In this document: in pieces, positions 29,987 to 39,712 of the stretch
Layout: each line of letters opens with the position of its first letter
Numbering within the stretch: position 1 is the stretch's first letter
Source: an uncultured Acholeplasmataceae bacterium
Lineage (GTDB): Bacteria; Bacillota_I; Bacilli_A; Acholeplasmatales; Acholeplasmataceae
Direction of reading: 5' to 3'
Assembly: GCA_927439925.1 (NCBI GenBank)
Contig: CAKMKF010000040.1
Coordinates: 1-62,032, forward strand
DNA length: 62,032 bases
Position numbers and translations under genes: made by a program
The notes under the pieces: generated by a model
Databases searched by the model: none
The model's input: only the letters and a program-made list of their open reading frames with translations
What the model was told of the DNA's origin: nothing

Positions 29987-30034
29987 TGTATGCGTTTACA
30001 GTAGTATTATATATGCATTTATTTTTAAAGTCAA
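29987..30034 (-). promoter_or_regulatory. Sigma-A promoter with cre-like site at the start site
   Basis: Minus strand TTGACT (30034-30029)-17 nt-TATAAT (30011-30006); TGTAAACGCATACA (30000-29987) fits the cre consensus. Confidence 0.75.
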
Positions 30035-30046
30035 TACATATTAATC

Positions 30047-31063
30047 CTAAATTTTTTTTGTTGAGTTACGCTCTATGAGCGTGACAGGAATATACTTAAC
30101 GATTTGTCTTTTTTCAATAGGATGTTCTATTGCAGCTAAGAGTTCTTGAGCAGCAAGAGAACCGATTGCTTTGGTATCTTGATGGATCGTAGTTAAAGAA
30201 GGAGTATAATGCTTAGCAAAGTCAATATCATCATAACCAATGACAGAAACGTCATCAGGAACTCTAATACCTTTTGCTTCAAGTGCTCTAATGACACCAA
30301 AAGCTAAAACATCAGAAAAGACTAAAATCATTTCTGGAAGATTATCTACTCTATTTGCGATCATTTCACCTACACGATATCCACTTTCATAACCGAATTC
30401 ATCAGCAATGATCACACTATTTTCATTATATTCTAAATTTTTATGGACCATATAATTTCTAAAAGTATCCATTCTTGTCATAAATGATCTTGCAGTTAAA
30501 GGACCTGAAACTGCAATAATTTTCTTCATCTTAAGCTTCAATGCATGATCGATACCTAAAATAATCCCCATTGCATCATTGCTTATTATAGAATGAAGAT
30601 TTGGCATCACAACGTCAGCGGATACACAAGGAATTGTGCTATTCACGACTTCTATAATGTTTGGATTGTTAATGTTTCCCATAACAATTAAAACACCATC
30701 AACCTTCTTATTTCGACACCATTCTAAATATGTAAGTTCATTATTACCTAATCTACTAACAATTAATACGATTTCATAACCAGTTTGTTCAACATGGTTT
30801 TTAAAGGATTGAAGAATACGAGAGAAAAAGGGATGCTCAAAACCGATTAAAGAGATATCCGAATAGATGACACCTATAGTCCAACTCTTCTTAGCACTTA
30901 AAATACGTGCATTACTCATCGCAACATATCCCGATTCTTGAACATATTTTAAGACGCGTTCTCTAGTTTCAGGACTAATACGACCAGTATTGTTTACTAT
31001 TTTTGAAATTGTGCTTGGTGCGAGATTTAATTCTTTTGCAACATCTACTATAGTTTTTTTCAT
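30047..31063 (-). CDS. LacI-family transcriptional regulator
   Basis: TIVDVAKELNLAPSTISK HTH, hinge ARIL, VPDDVSVIGYDD, PSLTTI; ATG 31063 after GAGGTG. Confidence 0.93.
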   Translation of the reverse strand: MKKTIVDVAKELNLAPSTISKIVNNTGRISPETRERVLKYVQESGYVAMSNARILSAKKSWTIGVIYSDISLIGFEHPFFSRILQSFKNHVEQTGYEIVLIVSRLGNNELTYLEWCRNKKVDGVLIVMGNINNPNIIEVVNSTIPCVSADVVMPNLHSIISNDAMGIILGIDHALKLKMKKIIAVSGPLTARSFMTRMDTFRNYMVHKNLEYNENSVIIADEFGYESGYRVGEMIANRVDNLPEMILVFSDVLAFGVIRALEAKGIRVPDDVSVIGYDDIDFAKHYTPSLTTIHQDTKAIGSLAAQELLAAIEHPIEKRQIVKYIPVTLIERNSTKKI

Positions 31064-31219
31064 CGAACCCACCTCTTTTTCATTATATAACAAATTAAAG
31101 ATTGCTGAACTTATTAATATATTATTTAACTTATCTATTTTTAGAATATCAAAAATACTATGCATTTTTCAAAAGAAAATGTTAAAATATATCCACAATA
31201 CCGAAATTTGAGGTATATA

Positions 31220-31525
31220 ATGAGAAAAACAAAGAAAAGATTGATCATTATTTCTATCGTTTTGTTTCTCTGGTTGATTATGCTTTCAACGGATATTATC
31301 TTAGTTGAAAAAAATCAAGCACCAGTTTTTTACGCACGTGAAGTCTCATATGATGATGGAGGATCAAAGAAATATGTGGGTCTTTTCTATCAAGTCTATC
31401 ATGTTAAATCGATAGATCCTGAACAGGGAGAACAAGTAATCGATTATGGTTATCATTTAGTCCCATGGTTTTACTCACTTGACTATGTCAAAGAGTTTGT
31501 TATAGAAGATGCTATGGACAACTGA
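31220..31525 (+). CDS. Hypothetical protein with N-terminal TM helix
   Basis: GAGGT RBS, ATG 31220; DGGS..Y.GLFY motif. Confidence 0.65.
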   Translation: MRKTKKRLIIISIVLFLWLIMLSTDIILVEKNQAPVFYAREVSYDDGGSKKYVGLFYQVYHVKSIDPEQGEQVIDYGYHLVPWFYSLDYVKEFVIEDAMDN

Positions 31526-31543
31526 GGTTGTCCTATTTTTTTT
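31516..31543 (+). terminator. Rho-independent terminator
   Basis: GGACAAC-TGAG-GTTGTCC followed by TA and T8. Confidence 0.7.
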
Positions 31544-31616
31544 GATGACGTTATCATTTTACTAGTTCTTAAAATAATGTATAATAGATATGGATTTCAG
31601 TTAAGGGGGATTATTC

Positions 31617-32318
31617 ATGCTTAGAAGACAAATGGGGAATAGCCCAAGAAGAGTTCATCGCTATCGCTATCTTGAGACATCAAAAAGACATAATGAAAAG
31701 CACATTATGCTAAGAGAAGAATCACTATATAAACCGCTAATGGTAATCATTTTGCTATTGGTGCTTATTTTAGTCATTATTTTCCCGATTTCTATCTTTG
31801 ACTCGATGTTTCCAACTGTAATGATTTTCTTAAGAAGATTGTTTGGATGGATGAGTTTATCTGCTGTAGCTACACTTTTGGTTCTTCCAGTATCAGTTTA
31901 TGATGTTGAACTCATTAGAATATTTTCTGATTCAACACAATTTGATACAGGATATGTATTGTTTGCTATAGGTTTTGCCGTTTTTGCAGATACTTTCTTT
32001 GCTTATATCGGTTACAGATTTACAAAACAGCTCACTAGACTATTTTTAAGAAAAGTGAAAAAGAGTGAATTTGAGAAATCAAATGTGAACATTAGAAAAT
32101 ATGGCAATATTGGTATGTTTTTCTTTGCCTGTACACCATTACCTTTTACACTTGCTATTTATACGGCAGGTGCTGTTAGATTGAATAAAAAAGGTTTCTT
32201 AATTGCAGTTGCTGCAGGTCGTTTAGTTAAATATGCAGCATTCGCATTATTCTTAAGATTATTTGGCATTAACTTAGTTGAAATGGGTCAAAATTTATTG
32301 ACCACAATGTTTGGATAA
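31617..32318 (+). CDS. VTT/SNARE-associated (DedA-like) membrane protein
   Basis: AYIGY, KYG...FFFACTPLPF......AG.........GRLVKY. Confidence 0.75.
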   Translation: MLRRQMGNSPRRVHRYRYLETSKRHNEKHIMLREESLYKPLMVIILLLVLILVIIFPISIFDSMFPTVMIFLRRLFGWMSLSAVATLLVLPVSVYDVELIRIFSDSTQFDTGYVLFAIGFAVFADTFFAYIGYRFTKQLTRLFLRKVKKSEFEKSNVNIRKYGNIGMFFFACTPLPFTLAIYTAGAVRLNKKGFLIAVAAGRLVKYAAFALFLRLFGINLVEMGQNLLTTMFG

Positions 32319-32340
32319 TATAAGTATATTTAAAGAATAT

Positions 32341-32373
32341 TGGAAACCGTGTGAATTCAAGGTTTCCATTTTT
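32341..32373 (+). terminator. Probable terminator
   Basis: TGGAAACC-N12-GGTTTCCA followed by T5. Confidence 0.6.
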
Positions 32374-32416
32374 AATTAGTCTTTTGTAATGTTATAATCA
32401 ATAGTAAGGTGATGAA

Positions 32417-33154
32417 ATGAAAATAAAACTAGATTCAAAAAATTATATAGAACTTAATTTGATAGATGATACAAAAAGAGATATTGTCTTAATTTTTCCA
32501 GGTGGTGGATACGAGCATACCTCGAATAGAGAATCTGTTCCAATAAGTAACGTTTTTTTAAAGGATGGTTACCACACAGCAATCTATTATTATAGAGAAG
32601 AAAAGCTGATTTATCCTTATATTAAAGAAGAAGGACTAAAAGTTATTGAAACTTTAAGAAATCATCCTTTAGTTCATAAAGTCTTCTTAATTGGATTTTC
32701 TGCAGGTGGACATTTTTCTGCAATGCTTGCTACTTCTTATCCAAAACAAGTGGATGCGACTATACTCGCATACCCAGTTATATCATCTGATCCATCCATT
32801 TATCATGGCGGATCCATGAGAAATCTTTTAGGCGAAAACTTAAATGAAAAAACATGGGAAGATGTATCACTTGAAAAACAAGTCAATGACCGAATGTCTC
32901 CAGTTTTTATCATGCATACAATGGATGATCAATCAGTTCCTGTAGAAAATAGTATACGTTTTATACAAGCATTAAATAAGCATAAAATCTATAATGAATC
33001 TCATTTTTATCCAAGAGGAACACACGGTATTTCTTTAGCAACAAAAGAGGTTGCTTTCGACCATATGGATGCAAATGATTTCGTCAACCAGTTTGGATAT
33101 ATATCAAACTGGATTGAACTAGCAAAGGACTTTTTAAGGAGGGTTAAATCATGA
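32417..33154 (+). CDS. Alpha/beta hydrolase (esterase-like)
   Basis: PGGGY oxyanion loop, GFSAGG nucleophile, DDQSV, HG. Confidence 0.88.
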   Translation: MKIKLDSKNYIELNLIDDTKRDIVLIFPGGGYEHTSNRESVPISNVFLKDGYHTAIYYYREEKLIYPYIKEEGLKVIETLRNHPLVHKVFLIGFSAGGHFSAMLATSYPKQVDATILAYPVISSDPSIYHGGSMRNLLGENLNEKTWEDVSLEKQVNDRMSPVFIMHTMDDQSVPVENSIRFIQALNKHKIYNESHFYPRGTHGISLATKEVAFDHMDANDFVNQFGYISNWIELAKDFLRRVKS

Positions 33155-33831
33155 CAAATATTTTAATGAGTAGAGGTATATTACATCATCCTATTATAGT
33201 CTCTGATGCAAAAAAATATATAAAAGAAACAGACAAGGTTTTAATGGTTGCTTTTTCATTTTTTGAAAATCAATTTAAAGATGAAAAAACATATGATCAA
33301 TTTTATAGTCCTGGTGGAGAATACTATATCAAAATGGTTGAAGCTTTTCTACCATATGGCATCAAAGAAGATCAAATTGAATGGTTACATTACTATAAAG
33401 ATACGAAAGAATCAGCTATCCAAAAAATAGAGAAAGCTGATATTATCTATTTTCCTGGTGGCTCACCGATTTTAATGATGCAAAGAATTAATGAGTTTAA
33501 GATTAAGGAAGCCTTAGAATCGCCTAATAAAGTGTTTATTGGCTCATCAGCTGGTGCGATGATTCAGTTTGATAACTACCACGTATCCCCTGATAAAGAG
33601 CACCCAAAATTCTCTTATGAAGAGGGATTAAATTTAATTTCAGGTATATCAATTGAAGTTCATTATCGAAGAAGAAAAAAACAAAAAAGCGCATTAAGAA
33701 AAGTGAATCGAGCTTATCGTCATCCTATCATTGCTATACCTGATGAAGGTGCAGTTATTATAGATGAACATGAAGTGAAATTGCTTGGGAATGCATTTTT
33801 AATGTATGGAAAAAAGGGTGTTATTCGATGA
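33151..33831 (+). CDS. Peptidase S51 / class I glutamine-amidotransferase-like protein
   Basis: ADIIYFPGG, GSSAGA, EGL.L, VHY. Confidence 0.8.
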   Translation: MTNILMSRGILHHPIIVSDAKKYIKETDKVLMVAFSFFENQFKDEKTYDQFYSPGGEYYIKMVEAFLPYGIKEDQIEWLHYYKDTKESAIQKIEKADIIYFPGGSPILMMQRINEFKIKEALESPNKVFIGSSAGAMIQFDNYHVSPDKEHPKFSYEEGLNLISGISIEVHYRRRKKQKSALRKVNRAYRHPIIAIPDEGAVIIDEHEVKLLGNAFLMYGKKGVIR

Positions 33832-34559
33832 AAAAATTCTATATATTTTACCCATTATTTTCGATCATGTTATTAAGCACAATTTATTTTTTCACACTCA
33901 TTCAAGGTTCTCAACAAAGATCTCTTCTACTATTTTCTGAACTCGCTGAAGAAGCTTATGAATCCAAGGATATGACAGCATTTATAAAGTATCAATCGGT
34001 TGCATATAATCACTTAGATTCAACTATTTTAGGGGATTATCAAATGGAGAGTTATCAAGTTATTGCCTATGATAATGGTGTATATAAAAATCAGTTTGTC
34101 ATCTACGTTCTACCTATAAATAATGTAACTTATGCAACTACAATAGATGATGAAAATGACCAAACAGGAATTATCTTAACCAACAATGATACGAACGCTA
34201 CACTATTAAATACATATGAAAATGAAGCCTATGATGGATCTGCATTAAGCTATGGAATTAATCGATTTGGATTTTATTATTATGTGACTTTCGTTGATAG
34301 TGATACACCTTTAAATGTATCAATTTATGACTACAATAACGACATCATCTTTAATCAAGTTATCGAATTCGATTATATTGATTACAGTCCTGATTCTGGT
34401 CAAATGGAACTCGGATATACAAGAGATGAATTAGAAGATTTACTAGACTTAAATAACTTTATTCGATCAACCTTGATTAGAAATATCACTGTCTTTTTAG
34501 TGATAGATATATTTCTAGGAGCAGCCATTGTTTTCATCATCAAAAAGAAGAAGCATTAA
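33828..34559 (+). CDS. Hypothetical membrane protein (N- and C-terminal TM)
   Basis: Overlapping ATGA coupling; two terminal hydrophobic helices. Confidence 0.7.
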   Translation: MKKFYIFYPLFSIMLLSTIYFFTLIQGSQQRSLLLFSELAEEAYESKDMTAFIKYQSVAYNHLDSTILGDYQMESYQVIAYDNGVYKNQFVIYVLPINNVTYATTIDDENDQTGIILTNNDTNATLLNTYENEAYDGSALSYGINRFGFYYYVTFVDSDTPLNVSIYDYNNDIIFNQVIEFDYIDYSPDSGQMELGYTRDELEDLLDLNNFIRSTLIRNITVFLVIDIFLGAAIVFIIKKKKH

Positions 34560-34640
34560 GCTTCTTTTTAATTTCTAGAAGAGTAACACTTGAATAACAA
34601 AAAATTTCTAATATAATGAACGTGTGAGAGGTGAATTGAA

Positions 34641-35948
34641 ATGAAACATTATCGTACAAAAAAGGATACACAGGATCGACTATCTTTAAAGGAAGTCAAA
34701 GTCATTCGCGACTTACCTTTTGAAACAATTACAATCAATCCAAAAGAATTAAAACAAGAAATCATCGGTTTTGGTGGTGCATTTACAGAGAGTTCATCCT
34801 ACAACTTGTCAAGAATCTCTAAAGAAAATAGAGATAAGGCTATTCGCGCTTATTTTGATCCAGTTGATGGACTAGGCTATACCATCGGTAGAGTATCTAT
34901 TCATGGTTGTGACTTTAGTTTAGGAAGCTATTTATACATTAAGGATTACGATGATCAGTTAGAAACTTTTTCAATTGAAAGAGATCAACCAATCATCGAT
35001 TTAATTCATGATGCTGAAAAATATGCGAAACAAAAGATTGCTATTTTAGGGTCTCCTTGGACACCACCTTTCTGGATGAAGGATAACAATTCTCCGGTAA
35101 GAGGAGGGAAGTTACTTCCTAAGTATTATCAAACATGGTCTGACTATTTTGTTAAGTTTATCAAAGCATATCAAGAAAAAGATGTTAAAGTTTCTTGGGT
35201 TTCAGTTCAAAATGAACCTGCAGCAGTTCAAAGATGGGATTCATGCATCTATACTGCTGAAGATGAAAGAGATTTCGTTAAGGTTTTAGGACCAACTCTT
35301 GAAAAAGAAGGATTATCAGATAAAAAAATTTTAATATGGGATCACAATAGAGATATTATGGTTGAAAGAGCTAAAGTTGTTTATGAAGATAAAGAAGCTT
35401 CTAAATACGCTTGGGGAACTGCATTCCACTGGTATGAAAACGAACAATTCCAAAATGTATTAACGCATAAAAAATTATTTCCTGATAAGCATTTAATGTT
35501 TACTGAAGGTTGTCAAGAAAATGGACCACACTTTGGTGAGTATCAAGTTGGCGAAAGATATGGCAGAAATATCTTGAACGATTTAAAAAACTATAATGAA
35601 GGCTATATCGATTGGAATTTGTTCCTAGATGAAACAGGAGGACCAAACCACGTTAACAATCTTTGTTCAGCTCCAGTCATGATTAAAATCTGGCAAGAAG
35701 AACTCGTTCAAATGCCATCGTATTATTATATTGGACATTTCTCTAAATTTATTCGTCCTGGTGCAGTCCAAATGGAATCTACAGGAACTGATCAATTACT
35801 TTATGTATCATTTCTTAATAAAGATGGTTCTCAAGTGGTTGTCATTCAAAACCAAAACGATAAAGATTTTAACACAGAAATCAAAGGTTTAAAAGAAAAT
35901 ATTAAACTGACTGTAGAAGCAAGAAGTATTTCAACAATTATTATATAA
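34641..35948 (+). CDS. GH30 glycoside hydrolase (beta-glucosidase / beta-1,6-glucanase type), cytoplasmic
   Basis: GFGGAFT, CDFS, SPWTPP.WMK, QNEP (acid/base), DHN, FHWY, TEGC (nucleophile), GGPNH. Confidence 0.9.
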   Translation: MKHYRTKKDTQDRLSLKEVKVIRDLPFETITINPKELKQEIIGFGGAFTESSSYNLSRISKENRDKAIRAYFDPVDGLGYTIGRVSIHGCDFSLGSYLYIKDYDDQLETFSIERDQPIIDLIHDAEKYAKQKIAILGSPWTPPFWMKDNNSPVRGGKLLPKYYQTWSDYFVKFIKAYQEKDVKVSWVSVQNEPAAVQRWDSCIYTAEDERDFVKVLGPTLEKEGLSDKKILIWDHNRDIMVERAKVVYEDKEASKYAWGTAFHWYENEQFQNVLTHKKLFPDKHLMFTEGCQENGPHFGEYQVGERYGRNILNDLKNYNEGYIDWNLFLDETGGPNHVNNLCSAPVMIKIWQEELVQMPSYYYIGHFSKFIRPGAVQMESTGTDQLLYVSFLNKDGSQVVVIQNQNDKDFNTEIKGLKENIKLTVEARSISTIII

Positions 35949-35957
35949 TCGCTTAAC

Positions 35958-35992
35958 AAAAAGGTCTGACTTTGGTCATGACCTTTTCTTTT
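35958..35992 (+). terminator. Rho-independent terminator
   Basis: AAAAGGTC-TGAC-TTTG-GTCA-T-GACCTTTT followed by CTTTT. Confidence 0.75.
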
Positions 35993-35993
35993 A

Positions 35994-36074
35994 GGAAACC
36001 GATTTCATTTTTTTTATGAAAGCCCTTTACAAAAAAATATTTTTAGATATAATATTATTAGGAAACCGATTTCC
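35994..36074 (+). promoter_or_regulatory. Promoter flanked by two LacI-type operators
   Basis: GGAAACCGATTTCA (35994-36007), -35 TTTACA (36026-36031), -10 TATAAT (36048-36053), GGAAACCGATTTCC (36061-36074). Confidence 0.8.
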
Positions 36075-36085
36075 AGAGGTGCTGA

Positions 36086-38590
36086 ATGTCAACAAAAAAA
36101 ATAATACAACTAAAAACAAATGATGGATATTACTTTCCTCTTTTTAACTTAAAGGGATTGAGAAGTTCAATAACACCTTTTTTTGGTGGAGATTTAAAAC
36201 TTGATCAACATCATTATGCATTACAACCTACAACTGAAGTTGATTTATACAATAACATATTTTCAAGAAATGTAATCTTTAAAATAGATGGAGAAATGTA
36301 TTTCTTAAATGGACAGACACAACTCCAACAAAAAGATGAGATGACCTATGAAGCTGAATTGCTTTATCAAAAAGTAATTCGAAATAATCCTCTACTTAAG
36401 TTAGAGGTTTTATCCTATATTCCACTTGATGTCAATCTTGAACTTCATGAAATAAAAATAACCAATCAGGCATCACGTAGTTTTCAACTAGAAGTGACTA
36501 CAGCTACACCTATTTATGCGAGAAGCGCTGATAATTTAAGAGATCATCGTCAAGTGACGTCACTTCTTAATCAAATTGAGGTTGTCGACCATGGTATCAT
36601 GGTTGAACCAACACTTTCATTTGATGAAAGAGGGCATCAAGTCAATGATACGATATATAGCGTATTTGCGAAATCAGAAAAATTAACACCTAGAGGATAT
36701 ATTCCTGTACTAGATGATTTTATCAAAGGTGGTTCACTACACTTTCCTAAAGGACTTAACAATGTATCTCCTTTAGGCACCAAAGTGAATGGATATGAAG
36801 GTATTGGAGCTATCAGCTTTAATGAAGTGACATTAAAACCAGGAGAAACGATTTCTTTATATTTATCAATTGGTATTCATCCATCCAAAGAAGAAGCGAT
36901 TAAAGATTCAAATAAATATTTAAACGTGACTCATTTTTATGATGGATTAGAAAAAACTGTCAATTTCTTTAAGAATTATGTTTCTGGATTACAATTTGAA
37001 TTAGCTGATTCTGAAACGAGCAAACAATTATCATGGGTTGTTCTACAACCTATGCTTAGAAGATATTTTGGAAACTCCTATCTTCCTCATCATGACTATG
37101 GCCATGGTGGAAGAGGTTGGAGAGACTTATGGCAAGATCTATTATCTTTAATCATGATGAATGATGACTCAGTAATCGATCTTTTATATAACAATTTCCA
37201 AGGCGTACGAATCGATGGTTCGAATGCGACCATTATTGGTGACAAGCCAGGTGAATTTAAAGCAGACCGTAATATGATTACTAGAGTTTGGTCTGATCAT
37301 GGGGCATGGCCATTATTAACAACTAAAATGTATATTGATGAGACTGGTCAAATTGATCTTTTGCTTAAAAAACAGTATTATTTTATGGATCAATTCACGC
37401 ATTACACGAAAAAGACTAGACCATATCAAAAAAATATTCAAACCAATGCAGAAAATAAACCTTACCAAGGTACAATTTTAGAACATCTTTTACTTCAAAA
37501 TTTAGTAGGTCACCACAATATTGGTGAACATGGTTTTGTTAGACTTGAAGATGCAGATTGGAATGATGGGTTAGACATGGCACATCATCGTGGGGAAACG
37601 ATTGCGTTTACCCACATGTATGCAAGCAATCTCGAGCTTTTAGCATCGATGATATCGAAAATAGGAACTGAAGAAGTTGAAATATTTAAGGATTTATCAT
37701 TATTACTTGAAGAGAAACCTGATTTGAATCATTTCTTTGATTCAGTTGCTCACTTTAATGGTGAGACCATCAAAGTTAAGAAAAATGAGTTGATTGAGAC
37801 TCTTAAAAATCTTGCAGCGAAAAGAATAGCTCATCTCCATGAACATGCATTCTTCAATGAAAGATATCAAAGTTATTTTAATAACGATGGAGTCGATGTC
37901 GATTCTGAAAACACAATGAACTTAACTGGTCAAACAATGGCTTTATTATCACTTACTGCAACAAACCAACAAGCTGGATTGATTGCGAGTAAAACTAGAG
38001 ATTTACTCTTTAAAGAAGATCTAGGTGGATATCAGCTTAATAGTAATTACAATCAAATATTAACCAATATGGGTAGAGCTTATGGATTTGCTTATGGTCA
38101 TAAAGAAAATGGTGCTGTATTCTCTCATATGGCAGTCATGTATGCATATGGACTTTATCAATACAATCTAGTTTCCTATGGAAGAGAAGCATTTATGTCG
38201 TTACTTAAGCGTGCACAATCTGTAGATTCCAAAGTTTTCCTTGGTATTCCTGAATACTTTAACGATCGTGGAATTGGAATGTATACATATTTAACTGGAT
38301 CAGCTTCTTGGATGTTGAAATTGATAAGAACAGAAGTTTTCGGAATTCAAATGGAATACGGAAAACTTAGACTATCACCAAAACTTAAAAAAGAAGATTT
38401 TATAGATCATAAAGCTAGTATAACCACATTCCTATTTAATCAACTTAGAAAAGTGACTTACCATAATCCTAAATCACTCGACTATGGATTTTACAAAATT
38501 CAAAAAATTAAAGTAAATGGAAAAGAAGTTTCCAATGAATTATTAAAAATTGATGGCGATATTGAGGTGATTTTAGATGAAATATTATGA
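36086..38590 (+). CDS. GH94 phosphorylase, laminaribiose-phosphorylase type
   Basis: RSADNLRDHRQVTSLL, PHHDYG.GGRGWRDLWQD, ADWNDGLD, YGHKENGAVFSHM, YLTGSASW. Confidence 0.85.
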   Translation: MSTKKIIQLKTNDGYYFPLFNLKGLRSSITPFFGGDLKLDQHHYALQPTTEVDLYNNIFSRNVIFKIDGEMYFLNGQTQLQQKDEMTYEAELLYQKVIRNNPLLKLEVLSYIPLDVNLELHEIKITNQASRSFQLEVTTATPIYARSADNLRDHRQVTSLLNQIEVVDHGIMVEPTLSFDERGHQVNDTIYSVFAKSEKLTPRGYIPVLDDFIKGGSLHFPKGLNNVSPLGTKVNGYEGIGAISFNEVTLKPGETISLYLSIGIHPSKEEAIKDSNKYLNVTHFYDGLEKTVNFFKNYVSGLQFELADSETSKQLSWVVLQPMLRRYFGNSYLPHHDYGHGGRGWRDLWQDLLSLIMMNDDSVIDLLYNNFQGVRIDGSNATIIGDKPGEFKADRNMITRVWSDHGAWPLLTTKMYIDETGQIDLLLKKQYYFMDQFTHYTKKTRPYQKNIQTNAENKPYQGTILEHLLLQNLVGHHNIGEHGFVRLEDADWNDGLDMAHHRGETIAFTHMYASNLELLASMISKIGTEEVEIFKDLSLLLEEKPDLNHFFDSVAHFNGETIKVKKNELIETLKNLAAKRIAHLHEHAFFNERYQSYFNNDGVDVDSENTMNLTGQTMALLSLTATNQQAGLIASKTRDLLFKEDLGGYQLNSNYNQILTNMGRAYGFAYGHKENGAVFSHMAVMYAYGLYQYNLVSYGREAFMSLLKRAQSVDSKVFLGIPEYFNDRGIGMYTYLTGSASWMLKLIRTEVFGIQMEYGKLRLSPKLKKEDFIDHKASITTFLFNQLRKVTYHNPKSLDYGFYKIQKIKVNGKEVSNELLKIDGDIEVILDEIL

Positions 38591-38993
38591 TACATATGAT
38601 TTTAACGGCATCGGTTATGAAAAACTATTTCATCATCAAAACTGGCGTGTTGCTATATTAAATTATATTGAAGAATTAGAAGTTGATCAACTCACGTATG
38701 TTGAGGCACATGACTTAACAGATGAAGTATTCGTTTTACTTTCAGGAACATGTCACATGTTTTTTGCAAAAGTAGAAGATGGACGGGTTATCGATATTAC
38801 ATGCATTTCTCTAGAACCAAATAAAGTTTATAAAATACCAATGGGAGTTTATCATACACACACCTTAAGTCATGATGCTAAACTTCTAATTGTAGAAGAA
38901 GAAAATACGTGTTATGATAACTCTCCAAGAGTCTATTTGACACCAGATGAAAAAAACATGATGACTCATAAATATAAGGAGCAAGTTAAATGA
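38577..38993 (+). CDS. Cupin-fold protein
   Basis: EAHDLTDEVFVLLSG and IPMGVYHTH cupin-like motifs. Confidence 0.7.
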   Translation: MKYYDTYDFNGIGYEKLFHHQNWRVAILNYIEELEVDQLTYVEAHDLTDEVFVLLSGTCHMFFAKVEDGRVIDITCISLEPNKVYKIPMGVYHTHTLSHDAKLLIVEEENTCYDNSPRVYLTPDEKNMMTHKYKEQVK

Positions 38994-39712
38994 CATTTAA
39001 GCTACTATGGGAAGACACCTTTGAAAAAGATGGAAAACCTGATGAATCCATTTGGAACCTTGAAACAGGTGGTCATGGGTTTGGAAATAATGAATTTCAG
39101 TATTATACAGATCAAGATAAAAACGCATTTATTCAAGATGGAATTTTAAATATTGTAAGTTATAAAGAGACCTGCCAAAATAGAGAATATACATCTGCAA
39201 AACTTACTACAAAAAATAAGAAATCAATCATGCATGGAAGAATTGAAGTGAGTGCAAAAATCCCGGAAGGATTTGGAACTTGGCCAGCAATATGGCTCTT
39301 AGGAAATAACATGAAAGAAGTAGGGTGGCCACTTTGTGGTGAAATTGATATGATGGAGCATGTGGGTAGAAATCCAAATAAAGTCCATTTTTCATTACAC
39401 ACGAAAACGTTTAACTTTCATCAACATAACCAACGAACTGAAGTTGTTGATGTACCTAACCTTTTTGATGGATTTCATGAGTACGCTATTGAATGGACTA
39501 AAAATGACATCACTTTCTATCTAGATAAAAAGAAATATCAGACATTTTCAAAGAAACCAAATGATACGGATTCTGAATGGCCATTTAATCAAGGATTTTA
39601 TCTCATTTTAAACCTAGCAATCGGTGGTAATTGGGGTGGAGCAGTTGATAACCAAATATTTCCATTAACCATGCAGTTTAAGTACGTAAAAGTATACGAA
39701 AGAAGTGAATAA
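38990..39712 (+). CDS. GH16 laminarinase-type beta-glucanase, no signal peptide
   Basis: GNNEFQYY, YTSAKL, WPAIW, WPLCGEIDMME, WPF, NLAIGG. Confidence 0.92.
   Translation: MTFKLLWEDTFEKDGKPDESIWNLETGGHGFGNNEFQYYTDQDKNAFIQDGILNIVSYKETCQNREYTSAKLTTKNKKSIMHGRIEVSAKIPEGFGTWPAIWLLGNNMKEVGWPLCGEIDMMEHVGRNPNKVHFSLHTKTFNFHQHNQRTEVVDVPNLFDGFHEYAIEWTKNDITFYLDKKKYQTFSKKPNDTDSEWPFNQGFYLILNLAIGGNWGGAVDNQIFPLTMQFKYVKVYERSE

Noticed and set aside
32341-32368. GGAAACC...GGTTTCC as a seventh LacI operator
   Set aside because: Half-sites are separated by 12 nt and followed by a T-tract; it fits a terminator better.
36017-36031. TGAAAGCCCTTTACA as a cre site
   Set aside because: One base too long and lacks the central CG; noted only as weak.
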